Shown here one piece after another: positions 28,922 to 38,130 of a stretch of 64,000 bases of DNA. The notes beneath the pieces are model-generated. The model ran no database searches. It saw only the letters and a program-made list of their open reading frames with translations, and had not been told where the DNA came from. Position 1 is the first letter of the stretch. Each line of letters opens with the position of its first letter. The stretch comes from an uncultured archaeon (GTDB lineage: Archaea; Asgardarchaeota; Lokiarchaeia; Sigyniarchaeales; SOKP01), in assembly GCA_964447495.1 (NCBI GenBank), contig CAYUTF010000003.1:1-64000 (forward strand). Reading direction: 5' to 3'. The position numbers and the translations under genes are program-made.

Positions 28922-29665
28922 TCATTCTTTCCAGAATTCTGCATTATATTCTTCCAAATCGTATGGGGGCCATGCTTTTGGCGCTTGTGTATTTTTGATA
29001 AATCTATGTGTGCATTTTTTACCCCCAAATCCAAGAGTTTCTGTCCTTGAGAAGCCAAATCCTAAACCCTCAGCTTCATAAAAATCTCCAAGACATATCA
29101 TCGGCAGATATTTCTCAGCATCCAATATCTTATAAGCCTGTTGCACCCCACATTGATATATATCCCATCCCCATTCAAAATCTATTCCGTTACCATCTAT
29201 GAAATCCATCACCCAATTATCGGGATAAACACGTTCTTGAGTTTCTTTAGTTAATTGTCTTTGATAATCAACATAAGCAGGTTCAAATGGATATTGAGAG
29301 GGATTTTTATTAGCTTTCTTGAGGGCTTCGCGTCTTTTTATATGTTGTGCTAAATTAAATTTATAATGAAATTCCCCAATTTCTAGAAAGGATAATCCAT
29401 TCTTCTCCAAAATTCTAAAAATAGCTAATTCAGAAACACATCTGACCAATATTTGAGTAAAAGGATTTTTAAAACCGCCCAAATAGGGTATTTTCGGAAG
29501 ATAACGTACAAATTCCTCATTCATTTGAGTAATAAATTTGCCAGGATTTTCATCTTTGAATGTTTCCTCAAGGAAAGTTTTTGCTAAATCTAACCGAGAA
29601 TTGAAATCTTTTAGGAGTTTACGCTCTTTTTTAACATAATAATTAGTCATGCTATTAGATGACAT
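28922..29665 (-). CDS. L-2-amino-thiazoline-4-carboxylic acid hydrolase-like protein
   Basis: IPYLGG, DIYQCG, ICLGD, RTETLGFGGKKC. Confidence 0.75.
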   Translation of the reverse strand: MSSNSMTNYYVKKERKLLKDFNSRLDLAKTFLEETFKDENPGKFITQMNEEFVRYLPKIPYLGGFKNPFTQILVRCVSELAIFRILEKNGLSFLEIGEFHYKFNLAQHIKRREALKKANKNPSQYPFEPAYVDYQRQLTKETQERVYPDNWVMDFIDGNGIDFEWGWDIYQCGVQQAYKILDAEKYLPMICLGDFYEAEGLGFGFSRTETLGFGGKKCTHRFIKNTQAPKAWPPYDLEEYNAEFWKE

Positions 29666-29806
29666 TATTTTATCATTTAATGATTTGATTTAAATTTATT
29701 AAAGATTTTCTACAATTGAATGGGGGATATTTTTTTTGAATAATATATATAATTTAATTATTTATATCCTCTTTAACTTCATAGTAAAAAATAAAATTAA
29801 TTTCAA

Positions 29807-30751
29807 ATGTCAGTAAAGCAAATCCAAGAAGAGATATTAAAGTTAAAGAAAGAAAAAGATGTTACAATTTTAGCTCATTATTATCAGCCCATAGAAATAC
29901 AAGAAATTGCTGACTTTCTCGGAGATTCACTCGGATTATCTCGAACAGCAAAAGAAAAAACCAATACTGAATATATTGTATTTGCAGGGGTTGATTTTAT
30001 GGCGGAAACAGCATCTATTTTAAATCAAGAAAAACATGTACTTCTTCCTAATCCTGAATCATGCTGCCCTATGGCTGCTTTTTTAACTCCGGAGATGGTT
30101 ATAAATTTTAAAAGAAATAATCCAGGATTACCTGTAGTTACTTATGTAAATAGCACAGCTAAAGTAAAAGCTGAATCAGATATATGTTGTACATCCGCAA
30201 ATGCTGTAAAAATCGTCCAAAAAATCAGTAATGAATTCAAAACCAATTCAGTACTTTTTGGACCAGATGCGAACTTAGCTGATTATGCAGAGCAGAAATC
30301 GAGAATACGATGTATAAAGATGCCAGCTGAAGGCCATTGTTATGTTCATTCGCAGTTAACTACAGACGATATTGATAAAATAAGAAATAACCATCCAAAT
30401 GCTCTTGTTTTAGTACACCCTGAATGTAAAAAAGAAGTAAATGATATTTCTGATTTTGTTGGTTCTACTTCGCAAATGTATAATCGTGTAAAAAATAGTA
30501 ACTCCGAAGAAATTGAGTTCATTATTGGCACGGAATATGGAATGCTAGAACGTATGGCAAAAGATTTTCCAGATAAAGTTTTTTACCCAGCAAAAGAAAA
30601 AATGATCTGCTATAATATGAAGAAACATACAATCGAATTGGTGAAGTATGTATTAGAGCATTTAGATGACAAACAATTTGAAGTAAAAGTTCCTCCTTCG
30701 ATAGCGAAAAAAGCTTTAAAGCCCATAGAAAAAATGTTAAAATATTCATAA
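29807..30751 (+). CDS. nadA: Quinolinate synthase A
   Basis: ILAHYYQ, GDSL, FMAE, CPMA, YVNS, CCTS, CYVH, HPEC, GST, C.NMK. Confidence 0.96.
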   Translation: MSVKQIQEEILKLKKEKDVTILAHYYQPIEIQEIADFLGDSLGLSRTAKEKTNTEYIVFAGVDFMAETASILNQEKHVLLPNPESCCPMAAFLTPEMVINFKRNNPGLPVVTYVNSTAKVKAESDICCTSANAVKIVQKISNEFKTNSVLFGPDANLADYAEQKSRIRCIKMPAEGHCYVHSQLTTDDIDKIRNNHPNALVLVHPECKKEVNDISDFVGSTSQMYNRVKNSNSEEIEFIIGTEYGMLERMAKDFPDKVFYPAKEKMICYNMKKHTIELVKYVLEHLDDKQFEVKVPPSIAKKALKPIEKMLKYS

Positions 30752-30780
30752 GCGCTTGATTACCAACTAAATTTTATAAA

Positions 30781-32271
30781 TTAAAATTTATCAAAAAATT
30801 GAGTAATCCTTAATTGTTTTTTATCATCAAGAAATTGTAAGAAACTAGTCGTTGGTTTTCCATTCCATAATGCACTACTTGAGTTTTTAGTTTCGAACTT
30901 CTCAATATCCTTGTGAGTAAAATTATAATTATTCATGTGATCTTTAAGTTTAAAAAGCCACTTTACAAAATTCTTATATAATCTTCCGTTAATTCCCGCT
31001 TTCGATTTATGATATTTCTCATAATAGATTTCATCATTTTCGGTATATTCTGTGTAATAACGGAAATTCTGCCCCATCCAAAAAAAGTTTGAAACTGAAT
31101 CCGAAAAGTCACTAATCCTACAATCAGTTAGTTTAAGCATTTCAAGCGAATTTAAATCTTCAAGGAATTCAGGAATCTTATTTATATTGATATTACCTGA
31201 AAGGTCAAGAGTTTCTAATTTCTTTAATTCCTCGATACCTTCTATTTCTTTTATGTAATTATTTTTTAAATTCAACTTCTTTAGATTTATGAAATTTTCC
31301 AGTCCTTTTATCATTGTTATTCTGTTATTACTCAAATCTAATTCTTCAATTGACTCACTAATACTATCTAAACCTTGAATATCTGGAATATGTTCTATCA
31401 TTTTATTTCTTAAATTTAGAGTATTATCAATAACTAGACCAATTAAATTATTATGATATTTTACAATTTTAAAGTCTAATTCATCATAATTTATTTGAGC
31501 TTTATTTAGGAACTTTAAAAGAGGAAATCCTCTGTAATTCTTGTATTTATTATAGATTAATTCTACGAAATTTCGTCGATAATTAAATGGAATTTTTTCC
31601 ATCGCTTTAATTAGGATCAAATATTTGTAAGAAAACTGAAATGTGCCTAAAAATTTCGTTGTTGATTTTTTAATTGAAGAGATAGAATCAGGACTATCAA
31701 TTTCACTAAGGTGGTTAGATACTTTTCTTGAATATTCATCAATACTGGGGAAATCAATATCACCTAAAACACTCTCAAACTCCTCTTCAGTTAAATAATA
31801 CAAGTAACCATTTTGGGTTAAAAATCGAACTACAGTTGGATGTCCTGTAGCATACCGAATTGCGATTTCCTCTTTAAATCGACTTTTAGCTAAGGGGTCT
31901 CCTGCATCTGCTAAAGCTTTAAGCAAAGGAAAAGCTAAATTACGATGAAGTATACGCGTATCATAATTATTATCTGCCCAAGCTTGAAGATTGGAACAAT
32001 GACCCCAAAATTCTGTTTCAGGTGGAATTAAGTTATGATTACGCTCCATTTTACGATTCAACTTTGTTGCAGCTTCATCTATTGATCTGATCTCGTCATA
32101 TTCTTCTATTTTATCAATAGGAATATTTATTAATAGATACATACACTGTCTAAAAGGTCGATTGTTAACATATATAACAGTTCTTCTATTTTCTAATTTC
32201 AAGCTCATATACTCATTGATTTTGAACTCATTATTTCTGGGTTTGCTTCCTAAACTATTATTGAGAAACAT
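30781..32271 (-). CDS. Lokiarchaeal leucine-rich repeat protein with C-terminal PIP-box
   Basis: N-term EFKINEY..LKLE...FRQC...EFWGHCSNLQAW; LRRs LDLSNNRI, LNLKNNYI, LDLSGN; C-term QLRITQFF. Confidence 0.85.
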   Translation of the reverse strand: MFLNNSLGSKPRNNEFKINEYMSLKLENRRTVIYVNNRPFRQCMYLLINIPIDKIEEYDEIRSIDEAATKLNRKMERNHNLIPPETEFWGHCSNLQAWADNNYDTRILHRNLAFPLLKALADAGDPLAKSRFKEEIAIRYATGHPTVVRFLTQNGYLYYLTEEEFESVLGDIDFPSIDEYSRKVSNHLSEIDSPDSISSIKKSTTKFLGTFQFSYKYLILIKAMEKIPFNYRRNFVELIYNKYKNYRGFPLLKFLNKAQINYDELDFKIVKYHNNLIGLVIDNTLNLRNKMIEHIPDIQGLDSISESIEELDLSNNRITMIKGLENFINLKKLNLKNNYIKEIEGIEELKKLETLDLSGNININKIPEFLEDLNSLEMLKLTDCRISDFSDSVSNFFWMGQNFRYYTEYTENDEIYYEKYHKSKAGINGRLYKNFVKWLFKLKDHMNNYNFTHKDIEKFETKNSSSALWNGKPTTSFLQFLDDKKQLRITQFFDKF

Positions 32272-32399
32272 GACTAAGAAGATGGCAATAAAACAATGAA
32301 AAGGGGGATTTTTGTTATTTTTAAGAACTTATTCTTAAATATTAAAAAACAAAGTCTATGTAGATTTTTAAAATTAGATTACATAACTAGATTAGATAG

Positions 32400-33503
32400 T
32401 CAATCTTCATCTATAGATGAAAGAATATTTAAATTTACATTGATTTTGGCATTATTCAATAATGATTCTTTCAATATCTTTCCCTCTTTAGATTGAAGTA
32501 GCTTCTTTGACTGAGCAACACCCTCCATTAACTTTTCTCGTTCTATATCTAAGAACCCCATATCTATAGCACTTTTTAAGATTAAATTCAATAATAATAA
32601 TTGAAATTGATGCTCTATCGCATTCCAAATTAACCCCATTTCTAACAAATGTTCAGATATCTCTTCAGATATGATATCTAAGTCAAGAACCATACCAGAT
32701 ATATCCTCTTGAAGATTAATAATTTCGTCAAATAATCTGTCTCTAATCAATCTTAGAGTGGTTGTTCCAAGTAAATCTTCTTCATGAAAATAGAAATCAT
32801 TATTTTCACGCTTAATTAGATAAAAACCGAAGTCACTTTGAATTAGTTTAAATCGAGCTAAATAATTTATTGCTTCCTTTGCTACCTTGTAGACTTCACA
32901 AAATTGATCTAAATTAAGTTTATAGCCTTTAAATTGTTGAGTATCGTCTTTATCAAAACGCCAATACCTGTTTGCTAATGCTCCTTGACCTAGAATTGAA
33001 TTGTAGAAAATATAAAATAGAGATAAAAATAGATCCCGATCTTGTTGTAATTCAAAAAAGTTATCTCCTATTTTAGAAACTATTCTTACGATGTGAATGA
33101 TAAAAAGATCTTCGACATTTATCTTCTTGTAAAAATCTATTAAGTCTTCAAGTTTACGAACATTCCCTTTAAGTTGATTAATCACAAATAATTCATCTTT
33201 CAATCTTAAGGGACCTTCCCCAAGTTTTTCTATGCCTTTATCGGTGATAACATAACTTTGATATTGTTTATTTGAGTTTTTATCAGTTATAATTTTTTGT
33301 TCCACATATTGATTTTTACTATGGAGTCTGAGATACTTAGACACAGTGGATCGACTTAAATTTGAATATTTCACTATATTTGTAAATCTTTGTGGACCTA
33401 AATTTCTTAAAATAAATAAAATTCTCCGACTGTTGTCTGCGATATTACTCGATTTCTTTAATAAATCATTTTTCAATTTCTTTGAGATATTCCAACTCTC
33501 CAT
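32400..33503 (-). CDS. Winged-helix (MarR/ArsR-like) DNA-binding protein with uncharacterised C-terminal domain
   Basis: ILFILRNLGPQRFTNI...LSRSTVSKYL...YVITDKG. Confidence 0.75.
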   Translation of the reverse strand: MESWNISKKLKNDLLKKSSNIADNSRRILFILRNLGPQRFTNIVKYSNLSRSTVSKYLRLHSKNQYVEQKIITDKNSNKQYQSYVITDKGIEKLGEGPLRLKDELFVINQLKGNVRKLEDLIDFYKKINVEDLFIIHIVRIVSKIGDNFFELQQDRDLFLSLFYIFYNSILGQGALANRYWRFDKDDTQQFKGYKLNLDQFCEVYKVAKEAINYLARFKLIQSDFGFYLIKRENNDFYFHEEDLLGTTTLRLIRDRLFDEIINLQEDISGMVLDLDIISEEISEHLLEMGLIWNAIEHQFQLLLLNLILKSAIDMGFLDIEREKLMEGVAQSKKLLQSKEGKILKESLLNNAKINVNLNILSSIDED

Positions 33504-33754
33504 AATTACTTAATATTAGTACAATAATATAAATTTGTACTTTTTCTCTATACTTAGACTAAATTAACAATATGTTACCTTTTGTTTTCAATTTGGTATA
33601 AAATCACAACTCTATTCTAAGTAACTATTAAAGTCGGAATATATGAAAAAAAATCGTAAAAGTGTAGTAAAATATAAATTTTAGTAAATAAAACTGTATA
33701 TCGAACCTATAAAATGAAGATAAAGAGAAAGTATTAAAAAAGTGAAGGAATAAA

Positions 33755-33940
33755 ATGACGATAAACTCTCCAAATATAAATGAAAGAATTAGAAAAATTG
33801 AAGAACGATTAGAAAGAATTGAAGCAAGACTTTCAGATATCGAAAATCGGTTGGGACGTTTTCCAGTTAGACCAGACCCTCATCCGGGACCACATCCCCC
33901 CGGACCGCCAGCTCCTCCCCTCGAACCATTTCGATTTTAA
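33755..33940 (+). CDS. Small coiled-coil + polyproline protein
   Basis: RIRKIEERLERIEARLSDIENRL heptads, then PDPHPGPHPPGPPAPP. Confidence 0.7.
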   Translation: MTINSPNINERIRKIEERLERIEARLSDIENRLGRFPVRPDPHPGPHPPGPPAPPLEPFRF

Positions 33941-34000
33941 TTGGATTTATTAGACTTTGGTTTATTTCATTAAACCATAGACCTTAAGTAAAAATTTTAA

Positions 34001-34036
34001 GATATCTATAGTATAGATATCAAATTTTATATAAAA
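34001..34036 (+). promoter_or_regulatory. Perfect 21-bp palindrome next to the TATA box of the ubiquitin-like gene
   Basis: GATATCTATA-G-TATAGATATC (34001-34021), then TTTTATATAAAA (34025-34036) about 26 nt upstream of ATG 34052. Confidence 0.6.
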
Positions 34037-34051
34037 AAGGTATGATTATAT

Positions 34052-34303
34052 ATGACCCAATATCGATTTAGATTAACAGGTGTACCTCCAGATCAAGCAA
34101 TAAAATTGATAGAGGTAGATCCGAATCAGTCCATAGCAGAGATCAAGAAAACTGTTCAACGAGAATATAAGCTCAACCCGATCCTAGCAATCCAATTTAT
34201 ATTTAAGGGTAAAGTTTTACCCGATAGTCTAAAATTTGCTAAGGTGGGAATTCATCCAAAGAAAGATGTCATTACTGTTATGGCAACGCAAGCAGGAGGA
34301 TAA
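34052..34303 (+). CDS. Ubiquitin-like protein with free C-terminal di-glycine
   Basis: IEVDPNQSIAEIK (cf. Ub LEVEPSDTIENVK), FIFKGKVL (cf. LIFAGKQL), ends QAGG-stop. Confidence 0.85.
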   Translation: MTQYRFRLTGVPPDQAIKLIEVDPNQSIAEIKKTVQREYKLNPILAIQFIFKGKVLPDSLKFAKVGIHPKKDVITVMATQAGG

Positions 34304-34338
34304 GCTTTATCCTTAGTTTTTTTCTTATTTTTTATTTT
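34297..34338 (+). terminator. Short hairpin plus T-tracts after the ubiquitin-like gene
   Basis: AGGATAA-gct-TTATCCT overlapping the stop codon, then T7 and further T-rich tracts. Confidence 0.4.
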
Positions 34339-34394
34339 AATATATTATTTGATAAATTCTAAATTTTTTTAAATTGTTAAAGATAAGTTTTCGT

Positions 34395-35618
34395 ATGGCA
34401 AATACCACAAAAATATCAATTCAAAAGATTCAACATGAAGATGTGGAAAGAGCTGTCTTTAAAGCGCTCGAAATGATAAATGCTAAAGAGTTGATGAATA
34501 AGACCGGAATGACAGTAGTCTTAAAGCCCAATCTTTTAATGGGAAAGCCTCCCGAAAGAGCTGTAAATACACATCCTGAAATACTCCGTTCGGTCATTCA
34601 TTGGGTAAAGCAATTTAGCCCTTCAAAAATTTATGTATGTGATTCGTCTGGAGGCCAAAAACCCGGAACGACAGAAGTCGCAATGAGCGATAGTGGGATT
34701 GATATTGTATGCGATGAGGAGAGTGTAGAATGTATTCCTTTTGAGAAGACAGAGAGAGTAATTTATAAGGTTGATAATCCCCTTGAGCTTTATGAGTTTT
34801 CAAGCTCATATTTGTTAAAGGAAGCAGACCTTATAATTAATCTTCCAAAAATTAAGACTCATGGGCAATGTACTCTTACTTGTTGCATTAAAAATATGTT
34901 TGGAACGATGCTTCTTGCAAATAAAACAAAAACCCACGCACAAGCAGCTACCTTAGATCGTTTTACATCTGCCTTAGCAGATATCTACTCAGTTTCTAAA
35001 CCCCAATTAACGGTTATTGATGGTTACTATGCTATGGAAGGTCAGGGACCTTCAAGCGGCGATCCAGTTAAAATGGATATCATTTTAGCGGGTTATGATG
35101 GTGTAGCGTTAGATAGAACTGTATGTGATATAATTGGGTTTAATCCTTCGGAAATACTTTATTTAGCGAAAGCTGAACAGAAAAATCTGGGAACAACAGA
35201 TATTTCTCAAATTGAATATTTAGGGGAGAGTGTTGAGAGTGTTAAAAGAAAGTTTATACCCCCAAAAATAAGACCTATTTCTATGCCTTTGCCAAAATGG
35301 CTAGCAAATTATGTAGGACGTACCATCTTTAAGGCAACGGTTAAATTTAATCGCGATAAATGTAAATTATGTTCCACATGTTGGACTAATTGTCCAGTTG
35401 GAGCAATTACTCCTCCAGAGATTTTAAAAAAGGGTAATATCCCGAAGTGGGATAAAAAGAAATGCATTACGTGTTTTTGTTGTGTGGAGTTATGCCCTTA
35501 TGAGGCCGTCAATTTTAAGATAAATTATGTAAAAAACGCTTTATTTAGTTGGGCTTGTTTAGGATTTCTATCAATATTCACTTTAATTACGTTATTGATC
35601 TTATGGCTCATTCAATAA
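34395..35618 (+). CDS. DUF362 protein with C-terminal 2x[4Fe-4S] ferredoxin domain and TM anchor
   Basis: VLKPNL, THPE, LPKIKTH, KNMFG, MEGQGP; CKLCSTC...CP and CITCFCCVELCP. Confidence 0.88.
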   Translation: MANTTKISIQKIQHEDVERAVFKALEMINAKELMNKTGMTVVLKPNLLMGKPPERAVNTHPEILRSVIHWVKQFSPSKIYVCDSSGGQKPGTTEVAMSDSGIDIVCDEESVECIPFEKTERVIYKVDNPLELYEFSSSYLLKEADLIINLPKIKTHGQCTLTCCIKNMFGTMLLANKTKTHAQAATLDRFTSALADIYSVSKPQLTVIDGYYAMEGQGPSSGDPVKMDIILAGYDGVALDRTVCDIIGFNPSEILYLAKAEQKNLGTTDISQIEYLGESVESVKRKFIPPKIRPISMPLPKWLANYVGRTIFKATVKFNRDKCKLCSTCWTNCPVGAITPPEILKKGNIPKWDKKKCITCFCCVELCPYEAVNFKINYVKNALFSWACLGFLSIFTLITLLILWLIQ

Positions 35619-35633
35619 TGGAGGCTAAATAAA

Positions 35634-35819
35634 GTGGCGTGGGGCGGTTCTTTAAATAAGGATGGGTCTGATCATATAAGAAAATTGAAAGAGGTAGAAA
35701 AAATACTTATTTTCTTAGAAAACTTTCAAAAATCCTTAAAGGATGAGGATTGCAAAAAAGTTTCTGAAGTGATAGATATTATTACTGATTATTTTAAAGA
35801 ACAATTTGAAAAGGATTAA
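35634..35819 (+). CDS. Small hypothetical protein
   Basis: 61-aa ORF with GGAGG upstream, filling the gap between genes. Confidence 0.5.
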   Translation: MAWGGSLNKDGSDHIRKLKEVEKILIFLENFQKSLKDEDCKKVSEVIDIITDYFKEQFEKD

Positions 35820-35822
35820 TTC

Positions 35823-36395
35823 CTATGTTAAAGACGCAATTAATTTTTTAATCATCTCAATAATAACATCGGCAGACATTTGAAGGGTATCCGTCAAATG
35901 GATTTCAAAAAATGGCAGATCAATATTATAATTGAGTTCTTCTATACTTAATTCATCGTTCTTAAATTGTTTGAGTTCAGTAAACCCTTCAAGGCTTTCA
36001 GGTACAAACCCAATCATGAAAACTTCCAAATTATTCAATTTATTGACTAATAAATCTATAACAATATGAACTGGAATGGTATGTGTAGATATAGGAATAT
36101 ATTCACTTAAATTTTCACGTTCTAAGATGCTGATTGTTCCAGGTTCTTCTTTTAATGTACAAGTGTCTAAAAGAACTAAATGAGATGGTTTAAATTCTAG
36201 AATATCGTCGATTCTAGCCATAGGATCGATTCCTGCATTTATAAATAAAAACTTTTGATTGGACAAGTGGAGAAGTTCGCTTATGATATATGGTCCTACT
36301 CCATCATCGCTCAATTTTTCTTCTCCAATCCCCATAAAGACTATTTTTGAAGCTCCTTTTAGCTTATTAAGGATTTTTTGATATAAATGTTCCAT
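35823..36395 (-). CDS. hycI: Hydrogenase maturation endopeptidase (HycI-like)
   Basis: MGIGEEKLSDDGVG, LVLLD, PGTI, STHTIP, IGFVP. Confidence 0.8.
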   Translation of the reverse strand: MEHLYQKILNKLKGASKIVFMGIGEEKLSDDGVGPYIISELLHLSNQKFLFINAGIDPMARIDDILEFKPSHLVLLDTCTLKEEPGTISILERENLSEYIPISTHTIPVHIVIDLLVNKLNNLEVFMIGFVPESLEGFTELKQFKNDELSIEELNYNIDLPFFEIHLTDTLQMSADVIIEMIKKLIASLT

Positions 36396-36529
36396 ATCTA
36401 TTTTTATAATTATTTATAATAAATTAATTTTAAGGAATTTTCCCTATCTATTAGAATTTAAGTTTAGCAAATGATTATTAATTAAATAACCAAGGAAAAT
36501 CTTTTATTTTGCTATAGTTTGATTTTATT

Positions 36530-37411
36530 ATGTTATTAAAAGGAAAAAACATTATTATTACCGGCTCTGGGAGAGGGATTGGGAAAGCGGTTGCAATTGC
36601 TTGTGCAAAAGAGGGGGCTAATCTTGGCTTAATCTCGCGTAGTTTAGAGGAGATTAACCAAACTAAAGAAGAAATTAAATCAATGAGCATATCAACGAAA
36701 GTAATTGTAAAAGCTGCAGATGTTACAAATTATGATGACTTATTAAAAACATTTAAGGTATTTTATGAGGAATTAGGCCCTTTCAATGGAATTATCGCAA
36801 ATGCAGGATATTCTCGGATGTGGGCAACACATGAATTTGAGAACGAGAAATTTTCTCAAATTTTGAACATAAATATCTTAGGCGTATTTTATACTTTTAA
36901 AGCTGCTTATGAATTGATGAAAAAAGACGATAAAAAAGATAAAGCCCGTTTTATAATAACGGGAAGTGAAGCATATCCAAATGCGCCATCGAGACTTACA
37001 GCATACGTTGCTAGTAAATTTGCTGTTGTAGGGATGCAAAAAGCAATGGCATCAGAATATAAAAGAGAGAATATCACATTTAATATGATATTGCCAACAC
37101 AAGTAGATACACGATTATTGAGAGGAAAAAGCGCCGGAGATGGAAATAAACCTGCTCATGTCTTAAATCCCTGGGATTTAAACGAATATTTTCTCTTTCT
37201 ATTAAGTGATTATGCCAACAGAGTTGATGATGCTCTTATCTTTACATATGATATCAATGAAGCAAAAAAATTATTAAGTGAAGCTCCAACAGAAAAAAAA
37301 CAAAATTGGGATGTATTTAAGGATTATTTGGAAGAAAAAGCACCAGAACTTTATGAAAAAGTTAGAAATCTTGGAAAATTGATAGATTTCATTATTCTAA
37401 GAGAAAAATAA
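36530..37411 (+). CDS. Short-chain dehydrogenase/reductase
   Basis: TGSGRGIG, ANAG, YVASK. Confidence 0.92.
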   Translation: MLLKGKNIIITGSGRGIGKAVAIACAKEGANLGLISRSLEEINQTKEEIKSMSISTKVIVKAADVTNYDDLLKTFKVFYEELGPFNGIIANAGYSRMWATHEFENEKFSQILNINILGVFYTFKAAYELMKKDDKKDKARFIITGSEAYPNAPSRLTAYVASKFAVVGMQKAMASEYKRENITFNMILPTQVDTRLLRGKSAGDGNKPAHVLNPWDLNEYFLFLLSDYANRVDDALIFTYDINEAKKLLSEAPTEKKQNWDVFKDYLEEKAPELYEKVRNLGKLIDFIILREK

Positions 37412-37512
37412 CAGAAATTGAAAGCATATCGGTCCCATTTAATTTAAAGTATATCATCTTTTCCCAATATAATTAAATTCATTAGAAAGAAATTATTATA
37501 TTCTAATAGGAA

Positions 37513-38130
37513 ATGACAGAAAAAGCTAATGAAAAGACGGAAAAAACTCAATTTGAGGCAATTATTGAAGATGAAAAAGTCTTTATCTTTGATAAAAATG
37601 CCATAGAAGAATTTTACAAAAGTTCTTATATTGGAATATTAGAAACATCTGATAATGATGATGTGAAATTAATTTTAGACCCTACGGAAGTTCTTCTTTT
37701 ATGTGAAAGAAACAGAATTTTAATATGGAAAGATAATGATAAAACAAAGGAATTGTATGATTTTGAAAGTTTATTAACCTATTTCACTCATTTTGACCAA
37801 AGATTATGGCAAAAATATATAATATACATGGATTTACGAAAAAGAGGGTATATTGTGAGAGCAGGATATGGTGAAGGAATCGATTTTCTTGTTTATAAAC
37901 GAGGATCGGATTTTGAAACAGATTCTGCAAAATTCTTGATTTATCCTGTTTTTGAGGGAGATCCAGTCGAACTAAAGGAGTTAGATAGGATGTCACGAGT
38001 AGCTTTAAGTTCTCGCAAGGACTTAATTGTTGCTACTGTAGACAGATTGAGTAAGCCAATTTATTATAGTGTAAACAAATTTGAAATTATTAATAAAATA
38101 AATATAAATGAAGAAGAATATGCCCGATAA
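37513..38130 (+). CDS. endA: tRNA splicing endonuclease subunit (possibly the structural subunit)
   Basis: YMDLRKRGYIVRAG...DFLVY...RVALSSRKDLIVA; catalytic His position apparently absent. Confidence 0.8.
   Translation: MTEKANEKTEKTQFEAIIEDEKVFIFDKNAIEEFYKSSYIGILETSDNDDVKLILDPTEVLLLCERNRILIWKDNDKTKELYDFESLLTYFTHFDQRLWQKYIIYMDLRKRGYIVRAGYGEGIDFLVYKRGSDFETDSAKFLIYPVFEGDPVELKELDRMSRVALSSRKDLIVATVDRLSKPIYYSVNKFEIINKININEEEYAR

Noticed and set aside
35823-36395. Hydrogenase gene cluster
   Set aside because: Only the maturation protease is present; dispersed hycI genes are common in archaea.
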